A stretch of 64,000 nt of DNA from Planctomycetota bacterium (GTDB lineage Bacteria > Planctomycetota > SZUA-567 > H5-PLA8): contig JBBRPR010000004.1 of assembly GCA_038227875.1 (NCBI GenBank), positions 1-64,000 of the forward strand. Direction: 5' to 3'. Positions 39,208 to 48,677 of the stretch are shown here, piece by piece (positions within the stretch are counted from its first letter, which is position 1; each line of letters starts with the position of its first letter). The position numbers were made by a program, and so were the translations under genes. The notes under the pieces were generated by a model. It saw only the letters and a program-made list of their open reading frames with translations, did no database searches and was not told where the DNA came from.

Positions 39208-39364
39208 TTTCTCGTATTACCCATAGCGGTGCGGTTTAGCAAGCGCCTCGTCGCGGACGTGTTGTTTGAAAGGTAGACTTGTTATTTATTAGGGTATACT
39301 TAGGGTATGGTAGTTGGCTTGGCAAGCGGGCCGGGGCGCGACACCCGGCCTGCGAAAGGCTCCC

Positions 39365-42300
39365 GTGTACGCCGAACTGCATTGCAAAACTCACTTCTCG
39401 TTTCTCGAGGGCGCGTCGTTTCCGGATGAGCTCGTCGACCGGGCCGCCGAGCTGGAACTTGCGGCGCTGGCGGTGACGGATCGCAATTCGCTCGCCGGCG
39501 TCGTCAAGGCGCATACGGCGGCGAAGGAGCGCAACGTCAAGCTGCTGATCGGCGCGGAGATCCGGCCGACGGATGCGCCGCCGATCCTCCTTTACGCCAC
39601 CGACCGCGCCGCGTACGGGCGGCTGTCGCAGCTGATCACGGTCGGGCGGCGGCGCGCGGAGAAAGGCGAATGCGAGCTGACGGCCGCCGACATCGCCGCT
39701 CACGCGACGGGATTGATCGGGGTCGCGGTTCCGCCATCCACCTGTGACGGAAACGGCGGCGCTGACGCGGCTTCGCGACTGGCGCTTTACCGCGACGCGT
39801 TTGCCGGTCGGTTGTTCGTCGCGGCGGAAGTGCATCTCGGACACGACGACGCGGGGAAACTCGCGGCAACCAAAGCGTTCGCGGCGCAGCTTGGTGCGCG
39901 GCTGGTCGCGTGCAACGACGTTCATTACCACAACTCGCCGCGCCGGATTCTGCAGGACGTGCTGGTCTGCACGCGGGAAGGCGTGTCCATTCACGAGGCG
40001 GGGACGCGGCTGTTTCCCAACGCGGAACGTCGCCTGAAATCGGCGGCGGAAATGCGGGCGCTTTTTCAACGGCACGCGGAGGTCCTGCTGCCGGAATCGC
40101 CGGATGTGCTGCTGGAACGATCGCTCGAGATCGCCGGCGGCTGCTCGTTTTCACTCGACGAACTGCGCTACGAATACCCGCATGAACTCACCCCGCCGGG
40201 CGTGACGTTGACGGACTATTTGAATCAGCTTACCTGGGACGGAGCGAAAAAATTCTGGCCCCACGGCATCCCGGAAATAGTCCGCAAGCAGCTCAACCAC
40301 GAACTGGCACTGATCGCGGAGCTTCATTACGAAGCGTATTTTCTGACGGTCTGGGACCTGGTCGCGTTTGCGCGCGCGCGGGGAATTCTCTGCCAGGGGC
40401 GCGGGTCGGCGGCGAATTCGGCCGTCTGCTACGCGCTGGGCATCACCTCGGTCGATCCGGAACGCAGCGATGTGCTCTTCGAGCGCTTCATCAGCCGCGA
40501 ACGCGCGGAGGCGCCGGACATCGACGTCGATTTCGAACACGAACGGCGCGAAGAGGTGATGCAGTACGTTTACGCCAAGTACGGCCGCGACCGCGCGGGC
40601 ATCGTCGCGGAAGTGATCTGCTACCGTCCGAAGTCGGCAGTGCGCGACGTGGGCAAGGCGCTGGGCTTGCCGCTGGACCGCATCGACCAGGTCTCCGCGG
40701 TGCTCGACCCGTATGAGTCCGGCGAGAAAATCGCGGCGAGACTGGCGGAAAGCGGGTTGGATCCCAACGAGCCGACCACGCGCACGCTGATCGCGCTCAG
40801 CCGCGAACTGCTGGGCTTTCCGCGCCATCTGTCGCAGCACGTCGGCGGCTTCGTGATCACGCGCGGGCCGCTCTCCGAGCTGGTCCCGATCGAGAACGCA
40901 TCGATGGCCGACCGCACGGTGATCGAATGGGACAAGGACGACATCGACGCGCTGGGCATTCTGAAAGTCGACTGCCTGGCGCTGGGGATGCTGACGTGTA
41001 TTCACCGCTGCTTCGAGCTGGTGAATTCCGACGTGGCGAAGGCGGAGTACGTGCCCAATTCCGTGAACTTCGCGCCGGCAGATTCCATCCACAAAACGCA
41101 AATCGTCCCGCGGCCGCTGGCGTTGACGGATATTCCGGCGGAGGACCCGCTGGTCTACGAGATGAGCAGCCGGGCCGACACGGTGGGCGTCTTCCAGATC
41201 GAAAGCCGGGCGCAGATGTCGATGCTGCCGCGCTTGAAGCCGCGCTGTTTTTACGACCTGGTGATCGAAGTGTCGATTGTGCGGCCGGGGCCGATCCAGG
41301 GCGGGATGGTCCATCCGTATCTGCGGCGGCGCAACGGCGAGGAGCCGGTCACGTTTCCCAATGAGACGATCCGCGCGGTGCTGCAGAAGACGCTGGGCGT
41401 GCCGTTGTTTCAGGAGCAGGTGATGCGGCTGGCGATGGTGGCGGCGGGATTTTCGCCCGGCGAAGCCGACCAGTTGCGGCGCGCGATGGGCGCGTGGCGG
41501 CGGCCGGGCGTGATCGACCGCCTGCGCGAAAAGATGCTCCACGGGATGCTCGCCAACGGTTACCCGGCCAGTTACGCCGAACAACTGTTCGACCAGATCC
41601 GCGGTTTCGGTGAGTATGGATTTCCCGAGAGCCATGCGGCCAGTTTCGCGCTGCTGGTCTACGCGTCGGCGTGGTTGAAGCTGTATTACCCCGCCGCGTT
41701 TTTGACGGCACTGCTCAACAGCCAGCCCATGGGATTTTACGCGCCGGCGCAGTTGATCCGCGACGCGGTGAATCACGGCGTCACGGTCCATCCCGTCGAC
41801 GTCAACCACAGCCAGTGGGACTCGTCGCTGGAGCCTGGCAACGCCGTGCGCCTGGGCTTTAGGTTGGTGCGCGGTCTGTCGGAGCTCAAAGATGTCGCGC
41901 CGCTGCTGGCCGCACGGACGACGCCCTTCCGGACGCTCGAGGATTTTGCGCGGCGGTCCGGACTGTCGAAGGCGGTGCTCTCGCGCCTGGCGGCGGCCGA
42001 TGTCTTCCGCTCGCTGCAGATCGACCGGCGCACCGCGTTGTGGAGCGTGCTGGCGCTGGAAGAAGAGCTCCCGCTCTTCCGCGGCATCGACGTCGAGGAA
42101 CCCGCGCCGTCGCTGGAAGCGATGCCGCTGCGCGAACACATCTCAGAAGACTACCACGCCACGGGCCTCTCGCTGAAGTCGCATCCGCTGGCGCTGATGC
42201 GTGCGGGCTTGAGCAACGTGCGGGTGCGGACGTGCGCGGAGCTCGCGGAGATTCAGGCCAACACGTTCGTTCGCGTGGCCGGCGTGGTGCTCGTCCGCCA

Positions 42301-42544
42301 GCGCCCGGAGACCGCGTCGGGCACGGTCTTCATGACGATTGAAGACGAGACGGGCAACGCCAATCTGATCTGCTGGCCGAAAGTCTTCGAGCGCCACCGC
42401 CGCGTGGGGCGCAGCGCCCCGGCCGTGATCGCCGAGGGGCGTCTGCAGAAAGAAGGCCTGGTGATCAACCTGATCGTCTCGCGGTTGCTGGACCTGAGCG
42501 AAATGCTGCCCGAGCTGGAAAATCAGTCGCGCGATTTCCGGTAG
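39365..42544 (+). CDS. dnaE2: Error-prone DNA polymerase III alpha subunit (DnaE2/ImuC)
   Basis: YAELHCKTHFSFLEGAS, GRGSAANS, PDIDVDF, PRHLSQHVGG, YGFPESHA, LLNSQPMGFY, C-terminal SRDFR signature; GTG start at 39365. Confidence 0.96.
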   Translation: MYAELHCKTHFSFLEGASFPDELVDRAAELELAALAVTDRNSLAGVVKAHTAAKERNVKLLIGAEIRPTDAPPILLYATDRAAYGRLSQLITVGRRRAEKGECELTAADIAAHATGLIGVAVPPSTCDGNGGADAASRLALYRDAFAGRLFVAAEVHLGHDDAGKLAATKAFAAQLGARLVACNDVHYHNSPRRILQDVLVCTREGVSIHEAGTRLFPNAERRLKSAAEMRALFQRHAEVLLPESPDVLLERSLEIAGGCSFSLDELRYEYPHELTPPGVTLTDYLNQLTWDGAKKFWPHGIPEIVRKQLNHELALIAELHYEAYFLTVWDLVAFARARGILCQGRGSAANSAVCYALGITSVDPERSDVLFERFISRERAEAPDIDVDFEHERREEVMQYVYAKYGRDRAGIVAEVICYRPKSAVRDVGKALGLPLDRIDQVSAVLDPYESGEKIAARLAESGLDPNEPTTRTLIALSRELLGFPRHLSQHVGGFVITRGPLSELVPIENASMADRTVIEWDKDDIDALGILKVDCLALGMLTCIHRCFELVNSDVAKAEYVPNSVNFAPADSIHKTQIVPRPLALTDIPAEDPLVYEMSSRADTVGVFQIESRAQMSMLPRLKPRCFYDLVIEVSIVRPGPIQGGMVHPYLRRRNGEEPVTFPNETIRAVLQKTLGVPLFQEQVMRLAMVAAGFSPGEADQLRRAMGAWRRPGVIDRLREKMLHGMLANGYPASYAEQLFDQIRGFGEYGFPESHAASFALLVYASAWLKLYYPAAFLTALLNSQPMGFYAPAQLIRDAVNHGVTVHPVDVNHSQWDSSLEPGNAVRLGFRLVRGLSELKDVAPLLAARTTPFRTLEDFARRSGLSKAVLSRLAAADVFRSLQIDRRTALWSVLALEEELPLFRGIDVEEPAPSLEAMPLREHISEDYHATGLSLKSHPLALMRAGLSNVRVRTCAELAEIQANTFVRVAGVVLVRQRPETASGTVFMTIEDETGNANLICWPKVFERHRRVGRSAPAVIAEGRLQKEGLVINLIVSRLLDLSEMLPELENQSRDFR

Positions 42545-42566
42545 CGCATATGCGCAATTCAAAATA

Positions 42567-42710
42567 CTGGTGCCACGGATGCATAAGTTTTTGAACGTAG
42601 TGAAGAAACTTATTCATCCGTGCGTTACGCGTCCGCTAGTGAGGAAGCACAACGCACGGATGAACGGACACTTTCGCTACGCTTAAGTGTCCGCGCATCC
42701 GTGGCACCAC
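42567..42710. repeat. Nested palindromic (REPIN/MITE-like) element, copy 2
   Basis: ctggtgccacggatgc...gcatccgtggcacca termini and the same two-unit layout as 7075-7235. Confidence 0.9.
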
Positions 42711-42780
42711 AGCAACCGCGTGCGTTTTTGAATTTTTTAATTTTCAATTTTTAATTCACATGCGCGTCCTCTCGGTGTAC

Positions 42781-42811
42781 TGTAGTCACGTTGTAGTTAC
42801 AATGTAGTCAC
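42781..42811 (+). promoter_or_regulatory. Three direct repeats TGTAGTYAC at 11-bp period, putative operator
   Basis: tgtagtcac-gt-tgtagttac-aa-tgtagtcac immediately before the AAGGAG RBS of the regulator. Confidence 0.7.
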
Positions 42812-42823
42812 AAGGAGTTTAGA

Positions 42824-43924
42824 ATGGTGGTCTCGAAAGTCGATCCGGCGGGCACCTCAGACACGAAGGGCTACGTGTGGCTCGCATCGCAACTGCGCGA
42901 AGCGATCTTGGGCGGCGAGATTCAGGCCGGGCAGTCGCTGCCGGCGGTGAAGTTTCTCGGGCGCAAATACGGCACGTCACCGGAGACGGCGCGGCGCGCG
43001 GCCAAGCAACTGCAGAGCGAAGGGCTGGTCGCGTCGCTACCGCGGCAGGGGTTTCGCGTGCTGGCGCGCGTCAACGATCCGGACCGCGGGCTGCCGATCG
43101 CGTTTGTGGTCGACGATTCCGAACAGCCGGGCGCGTGGAACGATTTCTACCGGCACCTCTTCGCGGGATTGCAGAGCGCGGCGGGCGAACGCCACTGGCC
43201 GATGCTCGCCGTCGGGAGCACGGGACGTTCCGGCCATCAGATCATGGAGCAACTGCGCGACTGCCGCGCGTGCGGCGTGGTGCTGGACTCGCTGCACCCC
43301 GAGCTGGTGAAAGCGGTCTCGGGCATGGGCATGCCATTGGTGATGATGGACGCCTGGCAGCCTGACATGCAGCTGGACGCGGTCGTGCAGGATTCGTTCC
43401 AAGGCGCGTTGCAGGCGGTGCGCTACCTGGTCGAACGCGGCCACACGCGCATCGCGTGGCTGGGAAAAGTTTCACAGAGCGTGCAGGGCCAGGAACGCTT
43501 CGGCGGATTCTGCGCGGGAATGGCGGGGGCGGGGCTGTCCGTCCGCGCCGACTGGCAGCGCGATACACCGCCGGACAAAACCGCCGCGGCCGCGCGCAAG
43601 CTGCTCAGCGGCAAGGACCGTCCCAGCGCCGCGGTGGGGCTCTGGAATAGAGAAGCGGCCGAACTGACGAAAGCCGCCGCGGAGTTTGGGCTGACGCTGG
43701 GCAAAGACGTCGACATCGTCGGCTGGTCGGCGGCGGAACTCTACCCGACGGAATACCGTTCGCTCTTTGGGAATCTGCCGATGCCGCCGACGATGGTGTG
43801 GAGCATCGCCGAACTGGCGCGCGCTACCATCGCGCGGCTGGCCGAACGCCGCCTCAATCCCGCTCTGTCCGTCGCGCTGTTGAAAATTCCGGCGCGGCTC
43901 AAACTTGCCGAACCCGCAGTCTGA
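42824..43924 (+). CDS. GntR wHTH + LacI-type sugar-binding domain regulator (AraR-like)
   Basis: LREAILGGEIQAGQSLP..YGTSPETARRAAKQLQSEGLV; YLVERGHTRIAWLG, ERFGGF. Confidence 0.9.
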   Translation: MVVSKVDPAGTSDTKGYVWLASQLREAILGGEIQAGQSLPAVKFLGRKYGTSPETARRAAKQLQSEGLVASLPRQGFRVLARVNDPDRGLPIAFVVDDSEQPGAWNDFYRHLFAGLQSAAGERHWPMLAVGSTGRSGHQIMEQLRDCRACGVVLDSLHPELVKAVSGMGMPLVMMDAWQPDMQLDAVVQDSFQGALQAVRYLVERGHTRIAWLGKVSQSVQGQERFGGFCAGMAGAGLSVRADWQRDTPPDKTAAAARKLLSGKDRPSAAVGLWNREAAELTKAAAEFGLTLGKDVDIVGWSAAELYPTEYRSLFGNLPMPPTMVWSIAELARATIARLAERRLNPALSVALLKIPARLKLAEPAV

Positions 43925-43938
43925 TCAGGAGACCGTTC

Positions 43939-46122
43939 ATGAAAACGATACACCTACTCGTCGCGGTGTTACTGCTGGCTGGAGCTGGCGCGCAGGCCGC
44001 TCAACCGGCTCCGCCGCAGATGCCGGTGCGCGCCGATGGCATCAAACAAGCCACGATCCCCGATCACGCGCCGCTGCCGGCCGAAGAGAAGGGCAAGCCG
44101 TTCAAGGTGATCGCCACCAACTGGGAACAGCGCCCGGTGATCTGGGGCTGGAGCTGCGAACTGCCCGACGGTTCGGGATTGCAGTTCGGCGGTACGAATC
44201 AGACCACTGACGACGGCCGCGGCCACACCTGCATCAAAGAAGGCGGCAATTGGAAGCCGATCATCGACGACCTGCGCAAAGGTAACGCGCTGCAGAAGCA
44301 GTTCGATGCGGTGCTGGCGCTGCGCAATACCTGTAAGGATACACTGGCCCACGCGCGGTCGCTCTATTTCGACGGCAAACCGGCCGCGGACGAAGGTGCG
44401 AAGATCAAAAGCGACATCGATCCGGCCCTGGCGGAACTCACCGCCGCTCTGGCAAAACGGAGCACGGAGCTGAAGGGCATCTCCGGCGACGCCTACGACG
44501 TGGGGCAGGCCAAGGTCGCGCTGAAGCATGTCGATGCGGCCGCGGCATTGATCAAGCCCTTCGGTGCGCTGGTCACGCCGGAAGCGATGGCCACATTGCG
44601 CCAGGCGCAGGTCGAGCTGGAAATCGCCAGCGACGCGCTCGACGCCGAACCGCCGCCGCGCGCGCTGAGCATCATTGCTTATGACGCCAAGACAAAGCTC
44701 TTCGTCGTCTTCGGCGGCGATCACTACGATTACCTGATGAACGACATCTGGGTCTTCGATCCGGCCAAGCGCAAGTGGTTCGAACGCCATCCGGAAACCG
44801 CACCGGAACCGCGCGCCGATCACCATCTGGATTTTACCGGCGACGGCCGCGTGACGATGTTCGGCGGATACTTTCGCGGCCAGGGCTACCAGCACTACGG
44901 GCCCGCGCGCTGGATTTACGATCTGGAAAAGAACACCTGGTCGGCCGACGGACATTCCGAAAAGGCTGTGGCCAGCGGCATCCGTTCGGGCGGCTACGCT
45001 CCGCCGTCATCTCCGGAAGACTACATGAAAGGCCCGCGCCCGGACGCGGCTGCTTTTGAAGCGAAGCTCAAAGCCGTCCCCGCCAACGCCTGGACCAAGT
45101 TGGAACTGGTCAACATGATCAGCCGCGACTGGGGCACATGGCTCTTCGATGCCGATCGCGATCTCTGGTACGTCTACGCCGGCGGCCATGCCAGCTATCC
45201 CGGCTGTGACGTGGCGCGGTTCCATCTCTCCACCGGCCGTTGGGAAATCACCGATCCGATCGAACTCCCGCTCGGCGGCGCGGGCTCCAACGAACAGTAC
45301 CCCAGCGGCGTGACCTTCAATGGACACCCGTGGTGCCGCCGGCACGTTTGGAATTCCCAGGCGTACGAACCGACGCTGAAGAAAGTGGTCAATGCCGGCG
45401 TCAATGACACGAAGCTGGATTCGGGTTTCTACATCTACGATCCGGACAAGGGCGATTGGACCGAACGGCACCCCATCCCTGACGGCATCAATAACTGCCA
45501 GGGCATCCAGGTGCGCGCGACGGTGCATGGCCTCTTCGGCTGGATCGGCGGGTCTGTGTACCTGATGGACGCCAAAACACTGACGTGGAAAAAATTCGAG
45601 ACCAAAGGCACGATGCCCGGCACGTGCGTCGACGGTTGCGGCATGGTTTACGATGCCAAGCGCGACCGCATGCTGCTGCTGACTCTGGGCGGCTACGCCA
45701 AGCCGTACGACGGCCAGATCTTCGCCGTCGACATGAAAACCCACGACGTCACGAAGCTCAACCCCGAAGGCATGGACAACCCGCCCAGTTCGTGGCGCAT
45801 CTACCTGCGCGAGATGGCGATCGATCCGGTGTCGGACATGCTGCTGATCACGCAACCGTTGATCCGCGGTAACAAAACTCTTCCCGACCAGACGCTGAGC
45901 TACGACATCGCCAAGAACCGCTGGGTGCTGATCAAAATCCCCGGCACCTCGGACAATGGCGTGTGCTCGTCGATCGCGTACGACGCCAAGCGCGGCATCT
46001 TCTGGGGCGGAGAAGCGGGCTACGGCGGCTATGTGAGAGTCCTGCGCTTCGACGCGGCGAAAGCGCAGATCACTCCGCTGAAGGATTTTGTGATGCCGGC
46101 GTCGGTGCCGGAGAAGAAGTGA
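43939..46122 (+). CDS. Secreted Kelch/galactose-oxidase-like beta-propeller protein
   Basis: AGGAG RBS, signal peptide; VFGG..NDIWVFD, MFGG, YAGGH, repeated YDxKR motifs. Confidence 0.75.
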   Translation: MKTIHLLVAVLLLAGAGAQAAQPAPPQMPVRADGIKQATIPDHAPLPAEEKGKPFKVIATNWEQRPVIWGWSCELPDGSGLQFGGTNQTTDDGRGHTCIKEGGNWKPIIDDLRKGNALQKQFDAVLALRNTCKDTLAHARSLYFDGKPAADEGAKIKSDIDPALAELTAALAKRSTELKGISGDAYDVGQAKVALKHVDAAAALIKPFGALVTPEAMATLRQAQVELEIASDALDAEPPPRALSIIAYDAKTKLFVVFGGDHYDYLMNDIWVFDPAKRKWFERHPETAPEPRADHHLDFTGDGRVTMFGGYFRGQGYQHYGPARWIYDLEKNTWSADGHSEKAVASGIRSGGYAPPSSPEDYMKGPRPDAAAFEAKLKAVPANAWTKLELVNMISRDWGTWLFDADRDLWYVYAGGHASYPGCDVARFHLSTGRWEITDPIELPLGGAGSNEQYPSGVTFNGHPWCRRHVWNSQAYEPTLKKVVNAGVNDTKLDSGFYIYDPDKGDWTERHPIPDGINNCQGIQVRATVHGLFGWIGGSVYLMDAKTLTWKKFETKGTMPGTCVDGCGMVYDAKRDRMLLLTLGGYAKPYDGQIFAVDMKTHDVTKLNPEGMDNPPSSWRIYLREMAIDPVSDMLLITQPLIRGNKTLPDQTLSYDIAKNRWVLIKIPGTSDNGVCSSIAYDAKRGIFWGGEAGYGGYVRVLRFDAAKAQITPLKDFVMPASVPEKK

Positions 46123-46170
46123 CGGGAATGACGAATTTGTGAATGTCGAATGACGAATGTCGAATAACGA

Positions 46171-46199
46171 AAAACTCGCCGCTCAATGCGGCGAGTTTT
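46171..46199. terminator. Intrinsic terminator after Kelch gene
   Basis: aaaactcgccgc-tcaat-gcggcgagtttt. Confidence 0.75.
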
Positions 46200-46259
46200 C
46201 TGAATACACGAGAAACCCGCGAGGGGTGAGCCGCGCGAACGAGAAGCTCTTTTTCCACA

Positions 46260-46382
46260 TTACTTGGTCAATGCAGCGTGTTCCGCGCTTTTTCGAACCA
46301 ACCGTCGGTTGGCTTGCTCAATCAAGACGGCGGCGAAAAACAGCATCGCCAGACAAACAACGAGATTCTTTACCAACGCGTC
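46260..46382 (-). pseudogene. C-terminal remnant of the small two-TM protein family (copy D)
   Basis: Manual translation DALVKNLVVCLAMLFFAAVLIEQANRRLVRKSAEHAALTK*, preceded by an in-frame TAA; same NL-x14-E spacing and basic tail as copies A-C. Confidence 0.55.
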
Positions 46383-46469
46383 TTATTGTTTCAACTCATA
46401 CAAAAACGCGCCATTAATCCGGGCGCGTTTTATTTCGACATTCGACATTCGACATTCGAAATGTCCGCG

Positions 46470-48470
46470 TCAGTTCTTCGCCACCGGCTTCGGGCTTCCG
46501 GCGATGACACCGTTGTTCAGGAAGGCGACGAAATCTTCCGTCTTCTCCGCCAGGCCTTCGAACTGGCTGACGTTCTTGTCTTCCGGCGAGACAATGGCAT
46601 AGAGCGGCAGCGCGACGGAGTTGAAACGCTTCTCCTGCAGGTCGGCATTGGGCTGCGAATCTTCCTTATCCGTGTAGAGCCGGACCAGCACGTACTTCGT
46701 CAGCAGCGACGCAACTTCGGGTTTCGGGAAGACGTTCTTCTCCATCTTCGTGCAGTTGACGCAGGTCACGCCGGTGAAATCGATGAACAGCGGCTTGCCG
46801 GTGCGCACGGATTCGGCGCGCGCGGCATCGAAGTTGTTCAGCCAGACCAGCGGCGCAGTCTGCGCGGGATCCTTGACCGGTTCGCCGGTTCCCGGAGCGG
46901 GCGCCACGGTGGCGACGGCTTCGCTGTCGTTGGCGATCAGAGTGTCCCAGAAGCCGAGGTTGCGACCCGTCAGGCCCGTGGCGATGAAGACGCCCATCGC
47001 CAGAAAGGCCGAGGCGAAGAGCACGCGCACGCCGCCGATCTTTTCCACGGGCGTGTCGTGCGTGAGCTGAAACCAGCCGAGCAGATACGCCGTCGTCAGC
47101 GCGCTCACGGCCACCCAGATGCTCAGGCACACTTCGCGGTTGAAGATGCCCCAGTGGAAGAGCGCGTCGGCGCTGCTCAGGTATTTCATGGCAAACGCGA
47201 CTTCAACGAAACCCATCACCACCTTCACGGCGTTGAGCCAGCCGCCGGACTTCGGCAGCGCTTTCATGATGCTGGGAAAGAGCGCCAGGAAAAAGAAGGG
47301 CGTCGCGAAGGCCGAGGAGAAGGCGAGCATGCCGACCAGCGGCCACTTCCAGTCGCCGCCGGCCGCCGAGACGAAAATCTGTCCGACAAACGGGCCGGTG
47401 CAGGTGAATGAGGTCAGCGCGAAGAGTGAACCCATCAGGAAGACCGAGATGAAATTCTCGCCCTTCGAGGACGATTTGTTGAGGCGGTTGAGGATGAAGC
47501 TGGGGATTTGAATTTCGAAGACGCCGAAGAGATTCAGCGCGAAGACGAACATGATCGCGGTGAAGGCCAGGTTGAACCAGCGGTTGGCAACCAGGTGATT
47601 CAAACTCGCCGCGCCGAAGGCGATGGCCATCGGAAAAGCCAGGCCCGTAAACGTACCGACGATGCCGGCGGAGAAGATCGAGGCGTCGAGCACAGACTTG
47701 ACGCGCGTGGCGTGCATGCGCTTGGTGAAGAAACTGACCGTGATCGGAATCATTGGGAAGACGCAGGGCGTAAAGAGCGCCGCGATGCCGTAGCCCATCG
47801 CCAGCAGCGCGTAGGAGATGAAGCCGGCCTTCTGCGCGTCGGCGATGGCCTGCTTGGTGCCGACGTTGCCGTTGGTCAAGCTGCCTTCAGCGCCGCCACC
47901 TCCACCTCCGCCCCCTCCACCGCCGCCATCTTTCTTCGCGGCTGCGTCGAGGACGGTGATCTTGAAGGGGACCTTCGTTTCCTTGGGCGGCATGCAGGTC
48001 TTTTCGTTACAGACCTGCGACTTGGCGGCCAGCGTCGCGTCGATGTCTCCGGGCTTGGCGTCGGCGGGAATCGTGATCGGCACGGTGAAGGTCGTGGTGC
48101 CTTCGATGGTTTCGATGGCGAAATCCCACGCGTCGGTCTTTTCAGACTTGGCGTCGGGGTTGGTGATCGCGCCGACTTTTCCGGCCGTCTCGGGCGTGAC
48201 CACAATCGAAGTGGGGAACGGACCGTCTGCGCCGTAGGTCTTGGTCGAGTAGCTGTGCCAGCCGACGGGAATCTCAGCCTTGACCTTGAGCTGGATCGTT
48301 TCGCCGGGCTTGCCCTTGATCGATAGATTGGTGATGCTCCACGTGATCGAGACGCGTTCGGCGGCGTGAACGGCGCCCGTGGAGAAGATCAGGCCCAGCA
48401 GCGCCACGGCGGAAAAGACGCCCAGCAGCGGGCGCTTGACAGTCGGACGGATTGCAATGATCGCGGACAT
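46470..48470 (-). CDS. dsbD: Protein-disulfide reductase DsbD family
   Basis: N-domain CNEKTC, TM motifs TPCVFP and FTCTGP, LPKSGGWL, thioredoxin FTGVTCVNC; poly-Gly linker. Confidence 0.9.
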   Translation of the reverse strand: MSAIIAIRPTVKRPLLGVFSAVALLGLIFSTGAVHAAERVSITWSITNLSIKGKPGETIQLKVKAEIPVGWHSYSTKTYGADGPFPTSIVVTPETAGKVGAITNPDAKSEKTDAWDFAIETIEGTTTFTVPITIPADAKPGDIDATLAAKSQVCNEKTCMPPKETKVPFKITVLDAAAKKDGGGGGGGGGGGGAEGSLTNGNVGTKQAIADAQKAGFISYALLAMGYGIAALFTPCVFPMIPITVSFFTKRMHATRVKSVLDASIFSAGIVGTFTGLAFPMAIAFGAASLNHLVANRWFNLAFTAIMFVFALNLFGVFEIQIPSFILNRLNKSSSKGENFISVFLMGSLFALTSFTCTGPFVGQIFVSAAGGDWKWPLVGMLAFSSAFATPFFFLALFPSIMKALPKSGGWLNAVKVVMGFVEVAFAMKYLSSADALFHWGIFNREVCLSIWVAVSALTTAYLLGWFQLTHDTPVEKIGGVRVLFASAFLAMGVFIATGLTGRNLGFWDTLIANDSEAVATVAPAPGTGEPVKDPAQTAPLVWLNNFDAARAESVRTGKPLFIDFTGVTCVNCTKMEKNVFPKPEVASLLTKYVLVRLYTDKEDSQPNADLQEKRFNSVALPLYAIVSPEDKNVSQFEGLAEKTEDFVAFLNNGVIAGSPKPVAKN

Positions 48471-48677
48471 ACGGTCTCCACAAGGGTTCGTATGCTAAAC
48501 TTATACAGTAAGACTCGAAGTATATTCAATGCCCCGAAAAAATCTTCACAGAGTGCGTGTGATTGCACCACGACCATATCATTCTAGTGCAGCTAACCAT
48601 TGAAAGCCAAATGATTTGGAGTCACATCCGCACGGAAATGGGTGAGCGTCGCGTTCCCACATCGGAGAATATCGGAC

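Larger units (their letters stand above)
46126..46460. repeat. Inverted heptamer arrays (CGAATGT/CGAATGA)n ... (ACATTCG)n enclosing a terminator and a gene remnant
   Basis: gaatgtcgaatgacgaatgtcgaataacgaa at left; ttcgacattcgacattcgacattcgaa at right. Confidence 0.8.

Noticed and set aside
41020..41110. Insertions in DnaE2 and TopA as possible inteins or repeats
   Set aside because: Short, with no intein C/S...HN motifs and no palindromic DNA; consistent with variable loops.
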